Positions 23,301-33,900 of a DNA stretch of 64,000 bases are shown here, piece after piece. Every line of letters starts with the position of its first letter. Position 1 is the stretch's first letter. Origin of the DNA: Macrostomum hystrix (lineage: Eukaryota; Animalia; Platyhelminthes); the NCBI GenBank assembly GCA_950097015.1, contig CATNEN010000038.1, positions 1,178,001 through 1,242,000 of the forward strand. The letters run 5' to 3'. The position numbers were made by a program, and so were the translations under genes. The notes below the pieces were generated by a model. The model had not been told where the DNA came from. It did not search any database and worked only from the letters and a program-made list of their open reading frames with translations.

Positions 23301-24958
23301 TAATAACGGATAAAATCTTCTCTAAATGCCAAACAGTCCGCCGTCCGGCCAGACAGAAGAACAATGGCCGAGGCAAAGGCGGCGGCTCATCGATTCCCAG
23401 CCGGGCGCTTGTGAAACGCCTCGAATTGTACAGCATTCGCAGCGTCGACTTCGGTCTGGCCGAGAGGCTGCACGAACTGTGGCTGAGCTACGCAAAGGAC
23501 AGCCTGGGAACTGTAAATAGATGCTTTGTTGTTGCTAAAAATCTTTATAAGCACTTCGTAGTTGAATTCCACAGTTTTCTTAGACATCTGCCCCCAATTT
23601 TTTTGCCTTGCTAAAGGACTTATATTGTTACAGTAGAGTCAGGAATCGAACTCCCGACCTTCCAGTCGCTGCAAACGAGAACGCCCGCTATTTTATTATT
23701 CTACCTAGACGGAAATAATGCTCCCATTAATTACCACTTATAAGTTAATTCCTATTGATCTAAAAAAATAAAATTTGATAATGATTAGACACAATTTAAT
23801 GTTTTTTTTATAAAAAGGCTTAAAAAAACATCGATGTGAAGACGCGATTTTCCACAAAGTAAAAAATCGACAACCCGTGATTTTTCAAAGGGGGTCGGTG
23901 GCAGAGCGGTTATCGCGTTTGCCTCGCGCACCACGGTCCCTAAGTTCGATTCCACGGCGAGGGCACATTTATTTGGGGCGCAGCCGCTGAGAGAAGGCTT
24001 TGGGGCTTGTCGTGCAATTTACGCTTTTGTGGGCCAACCTCTAAGGCTCAGTGAAATGTACACTGCCTGACGATGAGAAAGTCAGGCAGATGTACACAGC
24101 TGTGTGAGCGTGTGCCTGCGTACAGTATCTGTGTGCGTGTGTGCTCAGGAGTCAGCGAATTGGGCAGAATTGCCTCCTCGCTGGCTGCGGGTCTAGTGTC
24201 ACCAAATGTGTGCCGTTGCCCGCAGCCTCCTGCAATTGTTATTATTATTAAATGTGATTTTCCGCAAAGTAAAATTAGCCTGTTTTCTTAGAATTTTTTT
24301 TATTTTATTTTAGTAATCGTGTAGATTTCTTAGAAAGTGTCTAATTCTTGGTAGAATTTTTATGACACTTCGCCGCGAAAATCGCATAGTATTTATTTAT
24401 AAGTTTTATTGTTTTTTATTTTGTAGTAGAATCCAGTTTTCTTAGAAAAGGGGGTATCAATGGTACTCTTATCCTGTTTTTTTGGAAAAGTTTTCTCAGA
24501 AAGATCATTTAAAAAATCAATTTTTCTTAAACACATATTCCGTCAAATTATCTTCAATCTGCTTCCCTCCGCAGCAGCTCGATCGTCTTGACTCGGCAAC
24601 GCCCCAGCAACTGCAGCAGCTGACCGAGGCGGCTCTCCGCCTGGACCTCACTGGCGCCCGACTCCTCGTTGTCGACGCCAGCACCGCCTCCCAGGTGGGC
24701 ATCTGCGGCATCTGCCTGATGGAGACCAAGCTCAGCTTTCGGCTAGCCAAGCCGCCGCAGGGCCGACTGCTGACTATACCGAAGGTCGGCACCACTTTGC
24801 GGCTGGAACTGGGCGCAGCCCGACTGACACTGTTCGCCAGTCAGCTGACTGTCCGGCCAGCCGAGCGGGCTACGAAACGATTCCGCAGCGGTCAGCGGCC
24901 GGCCAAGGTGCATTTCGACAGCCTGCTGGAGAAGGCGGCTGCAGACGCCGCGGTCTAG
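20341..24958 (+). CDS. POP4: Ribonuclease P/MRP protein subunit p29 (POP4/Rpp29), 3 exons, ~247 aa
   Basis: Exons 20341-20524, 23337-23512, 24575-24958 (NAGNAG acceptor), phase-consistent. Motifs LHELWLSYAKD, LRLDLTGARLLV, VGICGICLMETK, LLTIPKVGT, L.VRPAERATKRF are typical of POP4. Confidence 0.88.
20890..23165. repeat. 15-bp CT-rich minisatellite organised as three 765-bp higher-order repeats in POP4 intron 1
   Basis: Marker CCTGCACAGTTCACATTTCACTCTCCC at 20896, 21661, 22426; same internal variant order in each block. Confidence 0.95.
23600..23690 (-). mobile_element. Degraded 5' fragment of tRNA-derived SINE family B
   Basis: Reverse complement GCGACTGGAAGGTCGGGAGTTCGATTCCTGACTCTACTGTAACAA...TTAGCAAG aligns with 42900-42962; contains a B box. 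Confidence 0.65.
23890..24250 (+). mobile_element. tRNA-derived SINE family A, copy 1 (POP4 intron 2)
   Basis: A box GGTGGCAGAGCGG, B box GTTCGATTCC, ~360-bp body, (TTA)n tail; homologous along its whole length to 30445-30820. Confidence 0.85.
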
Positions 24959-25329
24959 ATTACATGCCTCCGTGTTTTGGGACTGCGTAATTACTGTAAT
25001 TACTGTAATTACTGCCGATCCGTTTCATGTGACGCTATCTTAATAATCCTTTCAAAATAGAGCATGATAATCCACAACTCATTCCTACATCCCAACATTA
25101 TAGTTCCTACGTACAGTTGTTCTTTCATAATAATAACGATATTCCTGTCTGAAGATCCATAATTATAATCCCAATCGGAAAATCTTTATCTTTTATCCCT
25201 TCAGATGACCTTTCATGATAATCGCTTCCAGAGATTAGGTTAATCCCCTCACGAAATTAGGAGAATCCCATCCAGAGATTGTAATAACCACTTCAATAGA
25301 TCATAATAATCCCATTAGGAGATCATGAT

Positions 25330-26480
25330 TAATAGTCCCTACAGGAGATAATGGCAGATCCATTAGGAGGTTATGATAATCCTATCAGGAGATCATGGCA
25401 ATCCCATTAGGAGGTTATGATAATCCTATCAGGAGATCATGGCAATCCCATTAGGAGGTTATGATAATCCTATCAGGAGATCATGGCAATCCCATTAGGA
25501 GGTTATGATAATCCTATCAGGAGATCATGGCAATCCCATTAGGAGGTTATGATAATCCTATCAGGAGATCATGGCAATCCCATTAGGAGGATATGATAAT
25601 CCTATCAGGAGATCATGGCAATCCCATTAGGAGGTTATGATAATCCTATCAGGAGATCATGGCAATCCCATTAGGAGGTTATGATAATCCTATCAGGAGA
25701 TCATGGCAATCCCATTAGGAGGTTATGATAATCCTATCAGGAGATCATGGCAATCCCATTAGGAGGTTATGATAATCCTATCAGGAGATCATGGCAATCC
25801 CATTAGGAGGTTATGATAATCCTATCAGGAGATCATGGCAATCCCATTAGGAGGATATGATAATCCTATCAGGAGATCATGGCAATCCCATTAGGAGGTT
25901 ATGATAATCCTATCAGGAGATCATGGCAATCCCATTAGGAGGTTATGATAATCCTATCAGGAGATCATGGCAATCCCATTAGGAGGTTATGATAATCCTA
26001 TCAGGAGATCATGGCAATCCCATTAGGAGGTTATGATAATCCTATCAGGAGATCATGGCAATCCCATTAGGAGGTTATGATAATCCTATCAGGAGATCAT
26101 GGCAATCCCATTAGGAGGTTATGATAATCCTATCAGGAGATCATGGCAATCCCATTAGGAGGTTATGATAATCCTATCAGGAGATCATGGCAATCCCATT
26201 AGGAGGTTATGATAATCCTATCAGGAGATCATGGCAATCCCATTAGGAGGTTATGATAATCCTATCAGGAGATCATGGCAATCCCATTAGGAGGTTATGA
26301 TAATCCTATCAGGAGATCATGGCAATCCCATTAGGAGGTTATGATAATCCTATCAGGAGATCATGGCAATCCCATTAGGAGGTTATGATAATCCTATCAG
26401 GAGATCATGGCAATCCCATTAGGAGGTTATGATAATCCTATCAGGAGATCATGGCAATCCCATTAGGAGGTTATGATAAT
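25330..26480. repeat. 44-bp minisatellite built from two related 22-bp halves, ~26 copies
   Basis: GGAGATCATGGCAATCCCATTA / GGAGGTTATGATAATCCTATCA; degenerate monomer-like sequence upstream (25050-25330). Confidence 0.97.
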
Positions 26481-27059
26481 CCTTCGGGATAATAATCCCA
26501 TCCCGAAGTTACTCATTTGAGTTGTTATCCCTTCGGGATACCTCACTTATTAGAATCGTTTTGATTCACGCAACAAGTGAGTGAGATAGTTACATTACCT
26601 GTGCTTTTAGAATGACATTCAGTATTAAGTGCTTCAGTTAGAAAATTATAAAGCGCTTATATTTTCGCAATCAGCTACGAACCTTTGGACTGTGCGAGTG
26701 CATTTTGCTAATTCTAATTTTATGCCAATTATCTGTTATGTTGTACAAACTTACCTGCCCCAACTGCCCAACTGTGCATACCCTTGTGTGGCGTCTCTAG
26801 CTCTTAAAGATTAGAAAAAAAGATATGAACTGAGTCTAAACTTTGGCGGTAAAGCTAAGCTGAGTTAGTTATAAAGGTTGTTTGAAATGTGTTTCATGGA
26901 CTTTGTGCTTTTTAGTCAACATTATATGCCAGCTTTTTACAGTTAGTTAAAGACCGTTTTGTCAAAGACTTCAAAGAATATTATGTGGGACAGTTCAATC
27001 CGCTTAGTGTGTTGTTGTCTGCTTTCCTTTGAAAATGCTTCATTTTTTTCACATTGACT

Positions 27060-27500
27060 ACTTCCCCATTGATTACATTCCCCATCGATTACATTCCCCA
27101 TTGATTACATTTTCCATTGATACATTCCTCATTGATTACATTCTCCATTGATACATTCCTCATTGATTACATTCTCCATTGATTACATTCTCCATTGATT
27201 ACATTCCTCATTGATTACATTCCCTATTGATTACATTTACCCATTGATTACATTCCTCATTGATTACATTCCCCATTGATTACATTCTCCATTGATTACA
27301 TTCCTCATTGATTACATTCCCTATTGATTACATTTACCCATTGATTACATTCCTCATTGATTACATTCCCCATTGATTACATTCCCCATTGATTACATTC
27401 CCCATTGATTACATTCCCCATTGATTAGATTCCCCCTTGATTACATTCCCAATTGATTACATTCCCCATTGATTACATTCCTCATTGGTCACATTTCTTA
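27060..27500. repeat. ~16-bp minisatellite (ATTGATTACATTCCCC)
   Basis: Visible periodicity. Confidence 0.95.
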
Positions 27501-27849
27501 TAGATAACATTCCAATTGACATATAATAATTTCGCCACATATCGCCTATCGTAAAAATGGCAGACTTCTCGAATAATTCCCTTGAAAAGCAGATAGATTT
27601 GAATTATTCAGCACGAGATCATCTCCTTCTAGCCCCGGGTCCTTCCTTCCTTCCTTCCTTCCTTAGAAACTGAAATGTCGTCTAGAAGACTCATTTCTTC
27701 TGCCTTGTATTTCTGCTCAGTGATAAGGGACAGGGAGCCATGCTTATTAGGGCGTCGAATATGAAACATTTAGTGCTTTTTGGACGCTTTTTCTGCGATC
27801 ATATGTGACCTTCGAGCGTTTCTGGGATGGAGATATTGTGAAACTTCAC

Positions 27850-29770
27850 TATTCACTATCCTGACCATTCACTATCCTGACCATTCACTACCCTGACTAT
27901 TCACTATCCTGACCATTCACTATCCTGACCATTCACTACCCTGACCATTCACTACCCTGACCATTCACTATCCTGACCATTCACTATCCTGACCATTCAC
28001 TACCCTGACCATTCACTACCCTGACCATTCACTATCCTGACCATTCACTATCCTGACCATTCACTATCCTGACCATTCACTATCCTGACCATTCACTATC
28101 CTGACCATTCACTACCCTGACCATTCACTACCCTGACCATTCACTATCCTGACCATTCACTACCCTGACCATTCACTATCCTGACCAGTCACTATCCTGA
28201 CCATTCACTATCCTGACCATTCACTATCCTGACCATTCACTATCCTGACCATTCCCTATCCTGACCATTCACCATCCTGACCAGTCACTATCCTGACCAT
28301 TCACTATCCTGACCAGTCACTATCCTGACCATTCACTATCCTGACCATTCACTACCCTGACCATTCACTATCCTGACCATTCACTATCCTGACCATTCAC
28401 TATCCTGACCATTCACTATCCTGACCAGTCACTATCCTGACCATTCACTATCCTGACCAGTCACTATCCTGACCAGTCACTATCCTGACCATTCACTACC
28501 CTGACCATTCACTATCCTGACCATTCACTATCCTGACCATTCACTACCCTGACCATTCACTATCCTGACCATTCCCTATCCTGACCATTCACTATCCTGA
28601 CCAGTCACTATCCTGACCATTCACTATCCTGACCAGTCACTATCCTGACCATTCACTATCCTGACCATTCACTACCCTGACCATTCACTATCCTGACCAT
28701 TCACTATCCTGACCATTCACTATCCTGACCATTCACTATCCTGACCAGTCACTATCCTGACCATTCACTATCCTGACCAGTCACTATCCTGACCAGTCAC
28801 TATCCTGACCATTCACTACCCTGACCATTCACTATCCTGACCATTCACTATCCTGACCATTCACTACCCTGACCATTCACTATCCTGACCATTCACTACC
28901 CTGACCAGTCACTACCCTGAGAACTTACAACTATGAAATCATTCACTATCCTGACCAGTCACTATCCTGACCATTCACTATCCTGACCAGTCACTATCCT
29001 GACCATTCACTATCCTGACCATTCACTACCCTGACCATTCACTATCCTGACCATTCACTATCCTGACCATTCACTATCCTGACCAGTCACTATCCTGACC
29101 ATTCACTACCCTGACCATTCACTACCCTGACCAGTCACTATCCTGACCAGTCACTATCCTGACCATTCACTACCCTGACCATTCACTATCCTGACCATTC
29201 ACTATCCTGACCATTCACTATCCTGACCATTCACTATCCTGACCATTCACTATCCTGACCATTCACTATCCTGACCATTCACTACCCTGACCATTCACTA
29301 CCCTGACCATTCACTATCCTGACCATTCACTACCCTGACCAGTCACTATCCTGACCAGTCACTATCCTGACCATTCACTACCCTGACCATTCACTATCCT
29401 GACCATTCACTATCCTGACCATTCACTATCCTGACCATTCCCTATCCTGACCATTCACTATCCTGACCAGTCACTAACCTGACCATTCACTATCCTGACC
29501 AGTCACTATCCTGACCATTCACTATCCTGACCAGTCACTATCCTGACCATTCACTATCCTGACCATTCACTATCCTGACCATTCACTATCCTGACCATTC
29601 ACTATCCTGACCAGTCACTATCCTGACCATTCACTACCCTGACCATTCACTATCCTGACCATTCACTACCCTGACCATTCACTACCCTGATCATTCACTA
29701 TCCTGACCATTCACTACCCTGACCAGTCACTACCCTGAGAACTTACAACTATGAAATCATTCACTACCCT
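27850..29770. repeat. 16-bp minisatellite (ATTCACTATCCTGACC) with ~818-bp internal duplication
   Basis: Interruption GAACTTACAACTATGAAATC occurs at 28921 and 29739. Confidence 0.97.
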
Positions 29771-30444
29771 TAATAGCATTAGGGGCAGTTTAAATTATTC
29801 ACCTGCTTTGATTAGCAGAAGTAATTATTTTTTGGTTGTAAATAATTTGTCAAAGCACGCTAGGAGCTTTTCAACAATGTTATCTTAGTTTCTTGCAGCT
29901 AAGGCTGAAATGTAATCCTGTTTTGATTATTTGCTGAAAAATAATTGCCTTGAGTTTGTTATGCAGGCTAGAACTGATTGAGTTTGCGTGTTTATGTGGC
30001 TTATCTCGGTGTGCTAAAAGTGCACGGCCATAGAGTTGCTATTAGTTATCGAATTTGTTTATTCAGCTGTGAGGTGCATCATCTAGCCATTTTGATTTGC
30101 CTATTTCCTATTGGATAGGAGAATCTTGACCAATGGTTGCGCGGTACGCAGCTGATATAAGGGAATACATTTTAGGGATATATGTGTGTTTTAAAAAATC
30201 CTACGGTTACCCACACTAGCATCATCCAAGCCACCTTTCTGGATTTTTATCCTACATGATTTATTATCCTCGTTAAAATAGGCTTCATCGATTGAGTCTT
30301 CTCTCTTGGTCATATTGTTGCTGTACTCAGAAAAAGTTTGAGTAAGTTTGATTATTTTCTTAATAGGGCTTTGCACTTTTTGTTTATTGATTGACTGACC
30401 GATTTTTTCTCTCAAAATCATTTGACGCAGTAATTTATCACTTA

Positions 30445-30820
30445 GGTGGTGAGTGCCAGAGCGGTTAACGCTTTTGCCTCTCGCACCAAGGTCCCTGAGC
30501 TCGATTCCTCGGCGAGGCCTCATTAATTTTGCGGCGCAACCGCGCACAGAAGGCTTAGGGGCTTGTCGTGCAACTTACGCCCTTGAGGGCCAACCTTCAA
30601 GGCACAGTAAAAGTGTACACTGCCTGACGATGAAAAATTGAGGGCCGATGTACACCTGTGTGAGCGTGTGCCTGCCTGCGTACAGGATCTATGTGCGTGT
30701 GTGGTGTGTGCTCAGGAGTCGATGAAATGGGTAGAATTGCCTCCACACTGGCTGCGGGTCTAGTGTCACCAAATGATGTGCCACTGCCCGCAGCTCTCCT
30801 GCGAATAGTTTTATTATTAA
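30445..30820 (+). mobile_element. tRNA-derived SINE family A, copy 2, immediately upstream of TRPM copy 1
   Basis: GTGCCAGAGCGGTTAACGC...GCTCGATTCC head, body colinear with 23890-24250, TTATTATTA tail. Confidence 0.85.
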
Positions 30821-30905
30821 AAGCACCTACTCGCGTTACGTATCCGTTTCAGTCGTTTTTTAACGCATCGGTATCTGGCGTTGCCAGCGACGCCAACCAG
30901 CCGCC

Positions 30906-33900
30906 ATGGCAACAACCGAGGCCTGCGGTTCTGTAGGCGGCGTTCCCAGCGTGGCCAGCGGCGGCCGTCGGAGGGCCGTCGGAGCGGAAGTCGCAGACGT
31001 CGATGGCGGTGGCGTCGATGCGTCGGTGACCTCCAGCCAGGAGGAGGTGTGGATTGAGCGGAATATTCGCAAGCGAGAGTGCGTTCGATTCGCGCCTTCC
31101 GGTCCTGGAAGCTCAGCCCAGCAGCAGCAGCAGCAGCTCTGCCAATGCGGTCGGGCATTCGCGCAGCACCATTGGCTGGATCCGGGCACAGCGGTTGGCT
31201 CCATGGCAGCCGGGGCCAATGGCGGAGTTTGGCGCACCGAGACTCACACAAAGGATTCGCCAACTGATGCTTACGGTGTGATTGAGTTCGCCAGCGGCCC
31301 GCACCCGACCCGGGCCAGGTGAGTCTTTCGGTCTGGCTTGCTATTGGCTGTGAGCACTTTTTCATTCACCCATCTATCTATATGCTGGGCTTATCTACTG
31401 ATCATCATGGTCATGGTCATGACTCATTCCGCTATGAGCACTGTGACTCTTTTTGTCATTCATTCTTGACATGACTCATTTTGTTATTCTGCTGATATAA
31501 AATACCCAGTTTGTCATTCATACTGGTCATGCCTCATTGTGTCATTCTATTTATGACTTATTTTGTGATTGACATCATGACTCATTTCGTATTCCTGGTA
31601 AATGACTCATGTTATAATTTAAGGTCAAGACTAGTTTTGGAATTCTAGTAATGACTCATTTTGTCATTTACTCTGCCCGTGACTAATTTCTACATTCTGA
31701 TCATGACTCATTTCTAAATTCTGGTCATGGCTCATTTCGTTATTCATTCTGATCATGACTCATTTCTAAATTCTGGTCATGACTCATTTTGTTATTCATT
31801 CTGGTCATGACTCATTTCTACATTCTATCATGACTCATTTCTACATTCTGATCATGACTCATTTCTACATTCTGGTCATGACTCATTTTGTTATTCATTC
31901 TGATCATGACTCATTTCTAAATTCTGGTCATGACTTATTTCGTTATTTATTCTGGTCATGGCTGATTTTCACCTCAGTCACCTCATGACTCATTTTGTCA
32001 TCTTAGGTCATGAATCAATTTCTCATCTGAGGTCATGACCAAGTTTGCCAGCTACTATCTGATTTGAGTATTCCAAATCCCAAATCTCCAATCGCATTGT
32101 CCGGCAGGTACATTCGAGTGGCCGAGGACACAGACCCCGGTCTTCTGCTGCACGTGCTGACCAATGTGTGGCGTCTTCCCCTGCCGAAGCTGGTGCTCAG
32201 CGTTCACGGCGGCATGCAGAACTTCGAGCTGCAGCCAAGGCTGCGCCAGCTCGCTTTGAACGGCCTGCGCAAAGCGGCCAGGACCACCGACGCCTGGCTG
32301 ATCAGCACCGGGCTGGACAATGGCGTTTCCAGACTTGTCGGCGAAGCCATCGGAGAGGAAGCTCGCGCTAGGGAGAGCCGGGTGAGAACTTCTCAAACTT
32401 CTAATGAGCCTTGAGCAATGACAGCTTCTACAGGGCTGCCTGCGTGCTGTTGTCCAGCAATTTACTGCTTGTCATCTTCATAGTTTAGTCATTAGAAACT
32501 TCACGCGTGTTTCAGGTCAGTTTTGGGTCTGTGTCAGTAAAAGTTTTTAGGTGTGTCAGTAGAAATGTTATATCTGTGTCAGTAGAATGTCAGGCCTGTG
32601 TCAGTAGAGTGTCAGGTCTGTGTCAGTAGAATGTCAGATCTGTGTCAGTAGAATGTCAGTTCTGTGTCAGTAGAATGTCCTGTCTGTGTCAGTAGAATGT
32701 CAGGTCTGTGTCAGTAGAATGTCAGGTCTGTGTCAGTAGAATGTCCTGTCTGTGTCAGTAGAATGTCAGGTCTGTGTCAGTAGAATGTCAGGTCTTTGTC
32801 AGTAGAATGTCAGGTCTGTGTCAGTAGAATGTCAGGTCTGTGTCAGTAGAAGTGTAATGTGTGTCAGTAGAATGTCAGGTCTGTGTCAGTATAAGTGTCA
32901 GCTCTATGTCAGTAGAATGTCAGATCTGTGTCAGTAGAGTGTCAGGTCAGTGTCAGTTGAATGTCAGGTCTGTGTCAGAAGTTTCAGGTCTGTGTCAGTA
33001 GTTTCAGGTCTGTGTCAGTAGAAGTGTAAGGTGTGTGTCAGTAGAAGTTTTAGATCTGTGTCAGTAAAAGTGTCAGGTCTATGTCCGTAGAATGTCAGGT
33101 CTGTGTCAGTAGAGTGTAAGGTGTGTGTCAGTAGAATGTCAGGTCTGTGTCAGTAGAATGTCAGTTCTGTGTCAGTAGAGTGTAAGGTGTGTGTCAGTAG
33201 AATGTCAGGTCTGTGTCAGCAAGTGTCAGGGTTGTTTCCATAGCAATAAGCAGGCTCAAATTCCGAGTGGTCCACCCGGCGCCCGATCACTCAGATCTCT
33301 GCCATCGGCATCGCGCCCTGGGGCGTCATCCGTGATCGCGAGCAGCTGGTAGGCCTCGGCCGCACCTGCAAGTACTTCGCCATCAGCTCAGCAGGCAAAT
33401 CACTGTCTGTGCTCAATCGCTATCACAGCTACTTCCTCCTAGTTGACGATGGCAGGTGCGGCGCCTACGGCACGGAGACGCAGCTGCGGCGCAACCTCGA
33501 GCGCTACCTGTGCAGCCTGCGCCTGTGCAAGTCTCACTTCGGCGTTGGTCTCGATCGAATTCCGGTGGTTGCCACCCTGCTGGAGGGCGGCGCCAGCGCG
33601 TTTCGGCTGCTGCTGGACCTGACGCTGGGCACTCCCGCTGTGCCTGTTGTGGTCTGCGATGGCAGCGGACGGGCTGCTGACATTCTGGCGTTTGTGCACA
33701 AGTACAGCGACATGGTGAGTTGTTGGATGGCCATTGTGCTGGTCATTGTGGATGAGGATGGTCATTGTTGGATGTGGATGGTCATTGTTGGATGCGTCTG
33801 GTCATTGTTTGATGTGGGTGGTCATTGTTTGATCTGGATGGTCATTGTTTGATCTGGATGGTCATTGTTGGATGTGAATCGTCATTGTTGGATGTGGATG

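Noticed and set aside
24056-24100. Hammerhead ribozyme (CTGACGA...GAAA)
   Set aside because: Only 3 nt separate the two boxes (no stem II); a simple hairpin explains it and copy 2 lacks the arrangement.
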